Below, piece after piece: positions 10,308-19,253 of a stretch of DNA of 64,000 nt. The notes under the pieces were generated by a model. The model searched no databases. It was given only the letters and a program-made list of their open reading frames with translations, and was not told the DNA's origin. The stretch is taken from contig JAUYEG010000070.1 of assembly GCA_030691505.1 (NCBI GenBank), forward strand, positions 23,777 through 87,776, given 5' to 3'. Positions within the stretch are counted from its first letter, which is position 1. Each line of letters starts with the position of its first letter. The translations under genes and the position numbers were made by a program. Source of the stretch: Bacillota bacterium. GTDB taxonomy: Bacteria; Bacillota; Sulfobacillia; JAUYEG01.

Positions 10308-11666
10308 CTAGAGGTGATGAAGCCTGGGCGCCGCGATGAACGCCAGCCCGCTTTCGGTCAGGGCCCACGCCGTCCGGTTGACCGCATTGTGTTTGTCAAG
10401 GTAGTTGCGCGTGAGCGCATCCCAGTCGCCGCTGGCGATGATCTCGGCCTTGTCCCGGAAGTAGTCCAGGATGTCCGAGGTGTGCCCGCCCCGCGCCTCC
10501 AGGGCCTGCTCGACCTCCACGTCGCCGCCCTCGTGCTTGGCCGAGATGTTTCGCACCCTGGCGGCCACCTCGACCAGCTCCCGGCGGCGGTCGTACGGCT
10601 GGCGGACTATGCTGCGCCAGGTTTCGACGACGTGGTGCTCGAAACGGACGACATCCTCAAACCCAAGCTGCTCGCGGAAACGTGCCGCGGTCTCCAGCGT
10701 TTTGTTGTCTGTGGAGTTTGACCAGTTGAAACCGATCAGCGGGCTGGTGCCGTCGGGACGCGCGAAGAGGCCGGCCCCGATGAGGGTCCATAGCGCGGCC
10801 AGGGGGTTGTCGTTGCCCATGAACACGGAGATCTTGAACTCCAGGTCGATCCCCATCTTGTACAGCATGTAGCCCGCCAGGACCGTACCCGGGTTGACGT
10901 TGAGAACCTGCTTGACGCCGTATGTGGTGTAGTAGTAGAGCAGCTCGTCCACCCAGCGCAGCGGGTATTCGTTTGGTTGCCCGACGCCGCCGAAGTAGCC
11001 CGTGATGGTGGCCGGGCCGCCGAGATGGACGTTGGCGCCGTCGGTCCCGCGTGTGTCCAGGGTCTCCACGTAGCTGGCGCCCATGACCTCCATCGCGGCG
11101 GCGAAGGCCACAATGTCGGCAAGGTCGGCCTCTTGCTCCTTCATCTTGCGGACGCGGATGTACCTGCCGGGCATCAACTCGCCGCCGGCGATAGCCTGCT
11201 CGGCCTCGGCCCGCAGCCACGGGAAGTACTGGGCCGCGCTGATCTCCAGGGTCACGGGACGGTCTTCGGCAAAACTCATCTCGCCTGCCCGGTCGCCCAG
11301 GACTTTCCGCCGAAAGCCGGAGACGCTAATGAAAGCGCCGCGATCGCGCTGCTGGATGAGCCAACGGACGTCGTCGAGATACGCAGAACCCGCCGAATCA
11401 AGACGCGACAGAAGGTTGTCCAGACGGCGTGCTTCACGGGCCTTGCGGTTGATCTCGTCCGGCGTGCCGTATTTCGCGACGATCTTGAGCAGTCCGGAGA
11501 CGACCTCGTTGGCCGGGTCGAGGAGCACATCATTGATGGCCGATAGCTTGTCGGGCGTGATGCGCAAGAGGGCCTGCAAATCGGACTCGGACACGAGAGT
11601 CGCCACCTTTCTGAGGTTTTTGCGTGTAGCCTTTCGCGTGCGGGCATCTATTCCCCTGGAAATCAT
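10308..11666 (-). CDS. conserved hypothetical protein (452-466 aa), no family recognised by eye
   Basis: Long non-repetitive ORF with protein-like composition, immediately upstream of and co-oriented with M14 paralog 1. Start is uncertain: candidates are 11708 (GTG), 11666 (ATG), or 11594 (GTG, with an AAAGGTGG RBS). Confidence 0.55.
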   Translation of the reverse strand: MISRGIDARTRKATRKNLRKVATLVSESDLQALLRITPDKLSAINDVLLDPANEVVSGLLKIVAKYGTPDEINRKAREARRLDNLLSRLDSAGSAYLDDVRWLIQQRDRGAFISVSGFRRKVLGDRAGEMSFAEDRPVTLEISAAQYFPWLRAEAEQAIAGGELMPGRYIRVRKMKEQEADLADIVAFAAAMEVMGASYVETLDTRGTDGANVHLGGPATITGYFGGVGQPNEYPLRWVDELLYYYTTYGVKQVLNVNPGTVLAGYMLYKMGIDLEFKISVFMGNDNPLAALWTLIGAGLFARPDGTSPLIGFNWSNSTDNKTLETAARFREQLGFEDVVRFEHHVVETWRSIVRQPYDRRRELVEVAARVRNISAKHEGGDVEVEQALEARGGHTSDILDYFRDKAEIIASGDWDALTRNYLDKHNAVNRTAWALTESGLAFIAAPRLHHL

Positions 11667-11716
11667 GCCAGGGAAGGGGCGGACTCCTGCCTCGCCGGCG
11701 AGACACACGTGGCCAG

Positions 11717-11746
11717 TTGACTTGGGGCTTGTATTGGGTATATATT
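11717..11746 (+). promoter_or_regulatory. sigma-A-type promoter for the DUF134 operon (TTGACT ... TATATT)
   Basis: TTGACT at 11717-11722, a 16-18 nt spacer, then TATATA/TATATT at 11739-11746, about 40 nt upstream of the GTG start at 11784. Confidence 0.5.
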
Positions 11747-11783
11747 CACTGTTGAAAAAGAGCCGCAGGAGCGTGAGAAACCG

Positions 11784-12224
11784 GTGCCAAGGCCGCCCAA
11801 GTCCCGCTGGATATCGTTCTGGCCTGCGGTAACCTACTTCAAGCCCGCCGGCGTGCCGCTCCGCACGTTGGAGGAGGTCGTTATCCAGCTGGACGAGTTG
11901 GAGGCAATGCGCCTCAAGGACATGGAGGGACTAGACCAGACCGAATGCGCGCACAGGATGGGCGTGTCCCAGAGCACGCTGCAACGAATGCTGACGGTGG
12001 CAAGAGCCAAAGTCACCGGGGCGCTTGTCACGGGTAAGGCGCTCCGTATCCAGGGCGGGCCCGTGGCCCCAAGCGAGCTCGATCCGGTCCAAGGTGTTGG
12101 GCGGTCGTGCCGGGGCCGGGGACGCTGGGGCCGGGGACGCGGATGGGCAGAACCAGACAGCCACGAATTGGAGGGTCCGGCAGTTGAGCCAGGAGAAGCC
12201 GCACCAGAACGCAGAAACCCCTGA
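11784..12224 (+). CDS. DUF134/UPF0251 family predicted DNA-binding protein
   Basis: [21 protein letters not shown]...[29 protein letters not shown] is the characteristic DUF134 sequence; GTG start. Confidence 0.8.
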   Translation: MPRPPKSRWISFWPAVTYFKPAGVPLRTLEEVVIQLDELEAMRLKDMEGLDQTECAHRMGVSQSTLQRMLTVARAKVTGALVTGKALRIQGGPVAPSELDPVQGVGRSCRGRGRWGRGRGWAEPDSHELEGPAVEPGEAAPERRNP

Positions 12225-12984
12225 TCCGTTGCGAAAGATCGAACTGGCGCCGGGCAGTGCCGCCAAACACGTGATTGCCGTAATGAGCGGCAAGGGCGGA
12301 GTGGGCAAGTCCTCCGTCGCCGCGCTGCTGGCCGTAGCGTTGCGCCGGGCCGGACGTGATGTGGGCGTGCTCGACGCAGACATCACCGGGCCCAGCATCC
12401 CAAGGCTCTTCGGCCTCCGCGGGCGTCCGCGCGCCGCTCAGGGAGAAGGCATGATGCCTGTTCAAACAGCAACCGGCATTCGAGTTATGTCAATCAACTT
12501 GCTGCTGCCCGAAGAGGATCACCCTGTTATCTGGCGCGGGCCAATACTCTCCAGCGCGGCAAAGCAGTTTTTCACCGACGTGCACTGGGGACGGCTCGAC
12601 TACCTCATCGTCGATCTGCCGCCGGGCACGGGCGACGTTCCTCTTACCGTCCTGCAATCGATTCCTCTTGACGGGATCATCCTTGTCTCATCGCCTCAGG
12701 AGCTGGCCCTGATGATCGTTCGCAAAGCGGTCAAGATGGCCCAGGCCCTCCAGGTGCCCCTGATCGGCCTCGTTGAGAACATGAGCTCGCTGCGCTGCCC
12801 TCATTGCGGGCATGAGGTGGAAGTCTTCGGTCCCGGGACCGCCGCGGCTGCCGCGTCCTCGGGCGCAATCCGCTTTCTTGGCCGCTTGCCGCTGGACCCG
12901 GAGTTGTCCGCCGCCGGCGACCAGGGCGGCCTGGAGTCGTTCACGGCCCCTTGGGTGGCGGATCTCGCTCGTTGGGTTGAGTAG
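12184..12984 (+). CDS. Mrp/NBP35 (ApbC-like) P-loop ATPase involved in Fe-S cluster delivery
   Basis: Deviant Walker A GKGGVGKS; CPHCGHE motif; TTG start 8 nt after GGAGGG preferred. The ORF-track ATG at 12025 would overlap DUF134 by 200 nt. Confidence 0.8.
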   Translation: MSQEKPHQNAETPDPLRKIELAPGSAAKHVIAVMSGKGGVGKSSVAALLAVALRRAGRDVGVLDADITGPSIPRLFGLRGRPRAAQGEGMMPVQTATGIRVMSINLLLPEEDHPVIWRGPILSSAAKQFFTDVHWGRLDYLIVDLPPGTGDVPLTVLQSIPLDGIILVSSPQELALMIVRKAVKMAQALQVPLIGLVENMSSLRCPHCGHEVEVFGPGTAAAAASSGAIRFLGRLPLDPELSAAGDQGGLESFTAPWVADLARWVE

Positions 12985-12988
12985 CGCA

Positions 12989-13336
12989 ATGCCAGCTACT
13001 GAGTCCTCTGCCCCAGACAACGTTGCTGTGGTGGGTGTGCCTGCCGACGGGCAACTGGTGGCGGAGCATTTCTCGCGAGCTTCCTTCTTCGTGCTTGCGA
13101 AGGTTTCGCCGGGCAGGGTCCGGGATGTACGAATCGTCGCATTTCCCGCGCGCGGAAAAGGCAGTCCCGCAATATTCCTGGCCGGGCTTGGAGTCAATCT
13201 GGTGCTCGCCTGCGAAATCGGGGAGCGGGCGGCCCGCGCGCTCAAGGAACGCGGTATCGAGATTCAGACCGGCGTGACCGGCCCAATTGAGCTGGCCCTG
13301 CGTGGTGTGGCAAACCCCGGCCCGGCGGAAAGCTAA
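12989..13336 (+). CDS. dinitrogenase FeMo-cofactor-binding domain protein (NifX/NifB-C-terminal-like)
   Basis: ~115 aa; VAVVGVPADGQLVAEHFSRASFFVL...VNLVLACEIGERA pattern of the NifX/NafY family; ATG 5 nt after the Mrp stop. Confidence 0.75.
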   Translation: MPATESSAPDNVAVVGVPADGQLVAEHFSRASFFVLAKVSPGRVRDVRIVAFPARGKGSPAIFLAGLGVNLVLACEIGERAARALKERGIEIQTGVTGPIELALRGVANPGPAES

Positions 13337-13399
13337 ATCCGGCTGCGTCGCATTATGGTGTGGGCTTCAACCGGCTACGATGATTTGCCGTAAATGAGA

Positions 13400-13426
13400 C
13401 CGCCGCCCGGAGGCGGCGGCCTTTTT
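13400..13426 (+). terminator. rho-independent terminator (CCGCCGCC-cgga-GGCGGCGG + TTTTT), possibly bidirectional
   Basis: 8-bp GC stem and 4-nt loop followed by CCTTTTTC, immediately after the NifX-like gene; the reverse orientation also sits downstream of the SASP gene. Confidence 0.6.
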
Positions 13427-13447
13427 CGCTAGTGTCGTAGTGTTGTG

Positions 13448-13813
13448 TTACCTGGTGGTCCGACCGGTTGTACCGGCTGCGCCACCGGCGCCACCCGCGC
13501 CACCAAAGCCGACTGTGCCACCGGCTGCGCCACCCGCGCCACCAAAGCCGGCTGTGCCACCGGCTGCGCCACCCGCGCCTGTCGTCCCGACGGTGCCACC
13601 GGGCTGGCCAGAGAGACGCTGCTCAGCGAGCTGGATCATCTGCCGGACCATGTTTCCTCCGACGGCTCCGCAATCGCGGGAGGTAAGCTCACCCCAGTAA
13701 CCGCTGGCCGGGGGCTGCACGCCGATTTGGCGGGCCACCTCGTATTTGAACTGCTCGAGGGCCCTTTCGGCGCCAGGGACAAGACTTCTGTTCGAACGTT
13801 GACCTGTTGCCAT
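13448..13813 (-). CDS. alpha/beta-type small acid-soluble spore protein (SASP) with an unusual Gly/Ala-rich repetitive C-terminal tail
   Basis: LVPGAERALEQFKYEVARQIGVQ...TSRDCGAVGGNMVRQMIQLAEQ matches the alpha/beta SASP consensus; GGAGGTGA RBS 9 nt upstream; C-terminal ~50 aa of (GFGGAGGAAGGTV)n. Confidence 0.85.
   Translation of the reverse strand: MATGQRSNRSLVPGAERALEQFKYEVARQIGVQPPASGYWGELTSRDCGAVGGNMVRQMIQLAEQRLSGQPGGTVGTTGAGGAAGGTAGFGGAGGAAGGTVGFGGAGGAGGAAGTTGRTTR
13468..13575. repeat. ~2.5 copies of a 39-nt tandem repeat encoding the Gly/Ala tail of the SASP
   Basis: ctgtgccaccggctgcgccacccgcgccaccaaagccg(a/g) repeated head-to-tail. Confidence 0.7.
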
Positions 13814-14009
13814 CGTTTGATTTCACCTCCTCGCGACATAGCGTGTCTCTCGCGCCGATGACCGTATGCCAGGTAAATGTTAGTTTGGCAGGTTAAATCA
13901 AAGCGTAGTTGGCAAGGATCGGGCGCTCCTGCCAAACATGCCCGGACTGGGAAGTCGGACCTTGGAAGTGGATCGCCTGAGGTGACCCCTGCCCGGCCAA
14001 GATAACAGC

Positions 14010-14789
14010 ATGACAACAATGCAAGTACAGGCCGCCTTGATGATCGGCATCGCCGGCATCGCGACGGGAGCCGGCGCGCTGCCGTTGCTGCTGTTTACGA
14101 GCATTCCCCGACGAGTTGTCGATGGCTTGCTGGGTTTTGCGGCCGGCGTGATGCTGTCGGCGGCATCATTCAGCCTGATGGTGCCCGCCTTTCAGGGCGG
14201 CCGCGTGTTGCTTCCGATCCTTGGGCTTCTCGCGGGATCGGGCCTGCTCGCCGCGGCCGACTATGTGGTGCCCCACCTGCACCCGGGCGTCAACGAGCGG
14301 GGACGGTCTCTCGGCGGTGATGGCCGGGACCGCAACCTCGGAGGGGGCGGCCGCCGGGCGGTCTGGCTGGCGCTGGTGGCGGTGGCCCTCGACAACGTCC
14401 CCGAGGGGCTGTCGGTGGGCGTCAGCTTCGCCGCCGGCGACCATTACCGGGCTGTGGTCCTCGCGGGGGCGATAGCGCTGCAAAACATGCCTGAAGGCCT
14501 GGCCGCCGCTCTGCCCCTCATCAACGCGGGGACATCGCGCAGACGGGCGGTGCTGTATACCTTCCTGGCCGGCCTGACCGAACCGCTCGCGGCCGTTCTC
14601 GGCCTTGGTCTCGTCCGGATAGCCGCCGGGCTCCTGCCGTTTGCGCTGGCATTCGCGGCAGGCTGCATGATCTACGCCGCGGCGGACGAGATGCTGCCGG
14701 AGGCCTTCAGCCACGGTCATCTGCGCGAGGTCGTCGCCGGCCTGATCGGAGGGTACGCCCTGATGGCAATGGTCGAGCAGCTGCTGTAG
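14010..14789 (+). CDS. ZIP family divalent metal (zinc) transporter, ZupT-like
   Basis: Multi-TM protein ending in the ZIP signature region (ALQNMPEGLAAALPL); the cytoplasmic loop is Gly/Arg/Asp-rich rather than His-rich. Confidence 0.75.
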   Translation: MTTMQVQAALMIGIAGIATGAGALPLLLFTSIPRRVVDGLLGFAAGVMLSAASFSLMVPAFQGGRVLLPILGLLAGSGLLAAADYVVPHLHPGVNERGRSLGGDGRDRNLGGGGRRAVWLALVAVALDNVPEGLSVGVSFAAGDHYRAVVLAGAIALQNMPEGLAAALPLINAGTSRRRAVLYTFLAGLTEPLAAVLGLGLVRIAAGLLPFALAFAAGCMIYAAADEMLPEAFSHGHLREVVAGLIGGYALMAMVEQLL

Positions 14790-14885
14790 CGGCACTGCGG
14801 TGTGCGGGGTTTGCGGGGTTCCGGCCTCCGCGGCAGGTCTACTGGTCACCGACCAGCCTCTCCAGCCGTACCATGAGCAGCGGAG

Positions 14886-15527
14886 GTGGGCTGCGTCTTG
14901 ATCACACCACTGCTGCTGGCCCTGGCAGTCAGTTTTGACAGCCTCTTTGCCGGAATGACCTACGGCTTTCGCAACATCCGCCTCACGCCGGCGGCCTACT
15001 TGATCATCGGGATGGCGAGCGGCGTGCTCATGCTGTCGGCCGTGACCGCGGGCGAGGCACTCGGAACTCTTATGCCATCCGAACTTGCGGCCTGCCTCGG
15101 TGCCCTGACTCTGTTAGGGTTGGGAGTCTGGCACCTGGCCGGGGCCTGGCGCCTCGGCGTGCTGCGGCCGGACACAGACTCGGAGACCCCGCTGGCCAGG
15201 TTCCGCCTGCCGCCTCTGGGCATAGTGGTTGAGATCCTGCGCGACCCCCTGCAGGCGGACCTTGACCACTCCGGACGCATCGATAGCCGCGAGGCGGGCG
15301 CCCTTGGGCTCGCTCTGGGGCTTGACGCGTTCGCGGCCGGCCTGAGTGCCGGCGTCGGCGGCGTAGGGTTATCGGTGGTGCCCCCGGTACTCCTCGCCTG
15401 CCCGGGCTTCGTCGCCGCCGGACAGCTCTGCGGGCAGGCTCTGGGCAACGTACGGCCCCTTTCGCGATGGCCGTGGACCGCCGTGCCGGGGGCCCTTCTC
15501 GTATGCCTCGGCCTGGTCAGGCTATAA
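14886..15527 (+). CDS. DUF204 family membrane protein (MntP manganese efflux / sporulation YtaF-like)
   Basis: Two similar halves of 3 TM each; FDSLFAGMTYG and LDAFAAGLSAG motifs are typical of the MntP/YtaF family. Confidence 0.55.
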   Translation: MGCVLITPLLLALAVSFDSLFAGMTYGFRNIRLTPAAYLIIGMASGVLMLSAVTAGEALGTLMPSELAACLGALTLLGLGVWHLAGAWRLGVLRPDTDSETPLARFRLPPLGIVVEILRDPLQADLDHSGRIDSREAGALGLALGLDAFAAGLSAGVGGVGLSVVPPVLLACPGFVAAGQLCGQALGNVRPLSRWPWTAVPGALLVCLGLVRL

Positions 15528-15729
15528 GGGAAGCGGATACGGGCTGTGCGCACACGCTCGCCCGCTCTGGATGGACACCGCAGCCTAGAGTTTCCACCAC
15601 GTGAACGCGTCCGGCGTCGGGTGTGCGCCTGGCGGAAACCGCACCCTTCGTGGGTAGCGGACAATATGGCAAGCCCCGGCAGATGGGCAGATACCTGGCT
15701 AATTGACACCTGCCCGCCACATCCTCCAG

Positions 15730-16941
15730 CTAATCCGCTCCAGCCGCCTCCGTCGCCCGCTCCCGCGCAGGCGCCAGATCGGGCGCGCCGATGCGGCCGG
15801 GCAGGGCCAGCGCGAGGGCCAGGGCGGGCACTATGAGCCACAATAGCGAGGACAGCACCGGGACAAGCCCGGCGCGCTCGGCGACGGACCCCACAAGCCC
15901 GACCAGCAGGCCGCCGACCGACCAGCCCAGCCCCATGATCAGCCCCGCGGCCGTGCCGCGGTTCTCGGGGATCAAGTTCTGGGCCATTACGACCGTTACC
16001 GGGTTAAAGGACGAGATGGCGAAGCCGGCCCCCGCAAGCAAGAACCACAGAGCCGCCCCGTTGGCACGCAGAAGCCAGAAGAAAAGGGGCGGGATCAGCA
16101 GAAGACCGCAGAGGATAACAGTCTTGCCGCCGCGCCGGTCGGCCAGATGGCCGCCGATCATGCTGCCCACGGCACCCGTCGCCGTAAAGGTCATGAGCGC
16201 GACCCCCATGTGCATCACCGGAAAGCCGATCTCACGCAGGTGAACACCCAGGAACGCCATAAACGCGGTTCCGACGGTGCTGCGGAGGACGACGATAAGC
16301 CAGAGCGCGACAAGCGCCCCGAGGCGCCCGTTAAGGCGCAGGCCGGCCGATGCCCGCGGCGCGGTCCTGACCACCGGTTTCCCCATCCCGCGCTTGTCCA
16401 TGTACAGGCAGACGGCCAACGTAGGCAGCGCCGTCAGCCACGTAAACCCAAGGCCGAAAGTGCCTACGATCCACAGGACGAAAACCGGGCCGAGCGCGTA
16501 GCCGATGGTGCCCGCGGAAACAAACACGGCCATCGCCAGTCCGGCGCGCCCTCCCGCAACGGAGGGCACCGAACTCGTCGCATGCGGGTGAAACGCGGCG
16601 GTGCTGAGCCCGCCGGCGACAAGCAGCGGGAATATCCAGCGGTAAGAAGGCACAGACCCCACAAGGCTGAGCGAGGTCGAGGTGATCACCGGCCACATGA
16701 GGATGCTTGGCTGACGGCGTGCCTTATCGAGAAACCAGCCAAAGACGGGCTGGGCAAACGAGGTGGCCGTACTCTGGACGGCGGCGAGCAGGCCGGCGAT
16801 CGCCAGGCCGAAACCGAACCGCTCAAGCAACAGCGGCATGAGCGCCGCGAGGAAAGCGGTGTACTGGTCGTTGACCCCGTGCAACAGGGCGAATAGCGTC
16901 AGGGAACCTGCGGCCCGCTCCTGCTTCAGTTCCTGGTTCAT
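15730..16941 (-). CDS. MFS transporter
   Basis: 12 predicted TM helices, MFS-like loops; ATG at 16941 with AAGGAG 8 nt upstream, replacing the longer ORF-track start. Confidence 0.8.
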   Translation of the reverse strand: MNQELKQERAAGSLTLFALLHGVNDQYTAFLAALMPLLLERFGFGLAIAGLLAAVQSTATSFAQPVFGWFLDKARRQPSILMWPVITSTSLSLVGSVPSYRWIFPLLVAGGLSTAAFHPHATSSVPSVAGGRAGLAMAVFVSAGTIGYALGPVFVLWIVGTFGLGFTWLTALPTLAVCLYMDKRGMGKPVVRTAPRASAGLRLNGRLGALVALWLIVVLRSTVGTAFMAFLGVHLREIGFPVMHMGVALMTFTATGAVGSMIGGHLADRRGGKTVILCGLLLIPPLFFWLLRANGAALWFLLAGAGFAISSFNPVTVVMAQNLIPENRGTAAGLIMGLGWSVGGLLVGLVGSVAERAGLVPVLSSLLWLIVPALALALALPGRIGAPDLAPARERATEAAGAD

Positions 16942-17102
16942 GTTGTGGCTCCTTGTGCGTTGTGTATTTGCCTGTTTGCGGGCCGGTTTAGCCCGGCGCA
17001 TGGCGGCGGATATTAGGACAGAGAACAAAAGCCATCGCCGGCCCAAGCCGGGGGCGACCGGTGGCACAAGGCCCGTTCCGGTGGCCGTAGGACGGTGAGC
17101 TG

Positions 17103-17489
17103 TTGAGGCCAAGGCCCTTTCCGAGAACGTATTGCGGCTGCTATACAGGCACGGTTTCTTCGTCCGAGATCCAGAGGCTCCTCGACCGCGCCCTCGCCGG
17201 CCTGACCGGGGAACTGGCGCCGGACGACCTGTCCGCCGCCCGGACCGCGTTGCGTAATCTTATGGCCCCCGAACTTGTTTCAGAGATGAGCCTTTCTGCG
17301 CTGAGCGGCCTTTTTCCCGCCAGGCAAGATCAAAACCGCGGGAGGCCGGGTATGGATCTATCCGGGCTTAGGCAGGGTGCTCTGCTGGAGTATGAGGAGG
17401 CGGGCGCGAGCCCCCAGGCGTTGCTCATCGCCGCCGGCGGCTTGCTGCTAATGGCCCTGGCCGGACGGGTCAGACCCCCGGCAGGGTGA
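17103..17489 (+). CDS. hypothetical protein (questionable)
   Basis: 128-aa ORF between two minus-strand genes; composition is protein-like but there is no recognisable domain or clear RBS. Confidence 0.2.
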   Translation: MRPRPFPRTYCGCYTGTVSSSEIQRLLDRALAGLTGELAPDDLSAARTALRNLMAPELVSEMSLSALSGLFPARQDQNRGRPGMDLSGLRQGALLEYEEAGASPQALLIAAGGLLLMALAGRVRPPAG

Positions 17490-19224
17490 TCTCCCTGCTC
17501 CGGCGGCCGCACTTGTCGCTGCCGGCCTCGATCCTCAGCACCTGGCCCGGCCTGGCCTTGACAGCCCACTCAAGCCTCTTTCTGCCCTCCGGCGCGCCTG
17601 AAAGGAAACCGTGCGCGCTGAGCCCGACGGCGTGACCCGGGAGATGGTCGGGCTCTGTTCTGGCCTTGCCTGACACGAAGGCGAGCTCGCCGCCGTCCGG
17701 AGCGCTCAGCCTGACCTGCAGGGGCTTTGCCGTTTTCATCACAATAGCCTGCTGGGTAACGTTTGTCGGCAGGTACCCCTGGTTCTCGAGCACGGCCGTG
17801 ACCTTGTACAGCGTCTTGCCGTCCGCTCCGGTCCCGATGCCCTCGGCCTCGCAGGAGGTGATTCGCAGCCTGGGCGCGACCGCCGCATGGGCCAGCGTGA
17901 ACACCGTGGCCCGGTGGCATTCGCCCTCAAGCAGCCCGGGCGGCGGGTTTTGCCGCACGGTCTTTGGAAGCCATCCTCCCAGTTCCACCGGCCCAAGTTG
18001 CGGATGACGAAACTGGCGCCAGCGGACGAACCCCGTGCCGGCCAGCACGCGGTCGTTCCAGGTCAACTGGGCCAGCCCGACCGCCTCGATCTCGTCGCTG
18101 CTGAGCTCCATCATCTCCTTGGGCTTTCGCTTGGGGAGCCCGGCGTGCTGGTTCATGTCCCATAGCTCGGTCGCCAGCGGCAAGACGCCGTTGAGATCGT
18201 ACATCCAGTCCATCCAGCTCCCGACCGGCGGCCGGTCCTTGTCCACCGTGAACTCCTCGTAGATTGACCAGGTCGGGTAGCCGATCAGGCGGTCGCCGAT
18301 CTCGGACAGGGCCTTGAGCACCGCCACGTCCCCCCGCGGGAGCTTTTCGTCGGGCTTGGCGCAGTGCGGGCGCAGGACCATCCCGCCCATCGTGTGATGG
18401 CTCATGGCCCCGACGATGTTGGGATGAGCGGCGACGAACTCGATGATTGACCGGACCTCGGGCTCGCTGCCGGGGTAGGGTCCCGCCCCGGCCTGAACGT
18501 GCTCCGGCGCCCAGGTGCCCGGGTAGTTGCGGTTGAAATCGAGCCCCCATTTGGCGGGCGCCGGCCTCACGGATACGCCGTCGTAGTCGCGGATGAGGCC
18601 TTCGACGTAGAGACGGTAGTACTGACCGCCGCTCTCGCCGGGCGCCCGGCGGATCATCAGGCGGTCATCCTTAGCCGAAACCTTCCAGGAGCCGTTGGGG
18701 TCCTCCTGGCGCATCGTCAGGATGTGTCCATCGCTGTCGATGTCCGCCGCGTAGAGCCCCTCCTTCTCCTCGGCCTCAGGGTACAGCCGTACGCTCGAGC
18801 GCATCATTTCGGGGGTGGTCAGGTAGACCTCCGCTCCGTCCACCGCCACGCGCGGCACGACGTACAGGACCTGCTCGTCGAGAAGCCGCGTAACCGCCTC
18901 GTCCTGACCGTAACGCGTGAGCACATACCATATCGTGTATAGCGCCGCGGCCGATCCGGTTACCTCGCCGGCATGGTGGTTGGCATCTAGATGATAGGCG
19001 GGCTTGTCCCGGCCCGGTCCCGTGGCGCGGGCGGTCAGCTCGCAGCACAGGATATCGCGGCCCCCGTGGCTCCTGCCGATTGAGTACACCGTGCACAGCT
19101 CGGGATGCGCAGTCGCGCACTGCTCCAGGAAGCCGGCGATCTCCTGGTACACCGGATAGCCCTGCGGCCTGCGCAGCACGATGCCCACGCCCTCTGCCGC
19201 CGTTTGGTTGCCTTTGGATGTCAA
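17470..19224 (-). CDS. M14 family zinc carboxypeptidase (paralog 2)
   Basis: Collinear with paralog 1 (HAGE motif, same C-terminal domain); TTG start with GGAGGAGGAGG 7 nt upstream preferred over the ORF-track ATG at 19281. Confidence 0.8.
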   Translation of the reverse strand: MTSKGNQTAAEGVGIVLRRPQGYPVYQEIAGFLEQCATAHPELCTVYSIGRSHGGRDILCCELTARATGPGRDKPAYHLDANHHAGEVTGSAAALYTIWYVLTRYGQDEAVTRLLDEQVLYVVPRVAVDGAEVYLTTPEMMRSSVRLYPEAEEKEGLYAADIDSDGHILTMRQEDPNGSWKVSAKDDRLMIRRAPGESGGQYYRLYVEGLIRDYDGVSVRPAPAKWGLDFNRNYPGTWAPEHVQAGAGPYPGSEPEVRSIIEFVAAHPNIVGAMSHHTMGGMVLRPHCAKPDEKLPRGDVAVLKALSEIGDRLIGYPTWSIYEEFTVDKDRPPVGSWMDWMYDLNGVLPLATELWDMNQHAGLPKRKPKEMMELSSDEIEAVGLAQLTWNDRVLAGTGFVRWRQFRHPQLGPVELGGWLPKTVRQNPPPGLLEGECHRATVFTLAHAAVAPRLRITSCEAEGIGTGADGKTLYKVTAVLENQGYLPTNVTQQAIVMKTAKPLQVRLSAPDGGELAFVSGKARTEPDHLPGHAVGLSAHGFLSGAPEGRKRLEWAVKARPGQVLRIEAGSDKCGRRSREITLPGV

Positions 19225-19253
19225 GTCGTGTCCTCCTCCTCCGGCCCCGTCAA

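Noticed and set aside
8367-10721. 784-aa plus-strand ORF
   Set aside because: Fully antisense to the M14 carboxypeptidase gene, which has clear catalytic motifs and an RBS. The translation is low-complexity and Arg/Ala/Gly/Pro-rich, typical of GC-driven shadow ORFs
13440-13861. Pro/Ala-rich plus-strand ORFs (PAPPAPPKP repeats)
   Set aside because: These are the reverse-strand reading of the Gly/Ala-encoding tandem repeat of the SASP gene. The SASP frame has the RBS and the family match
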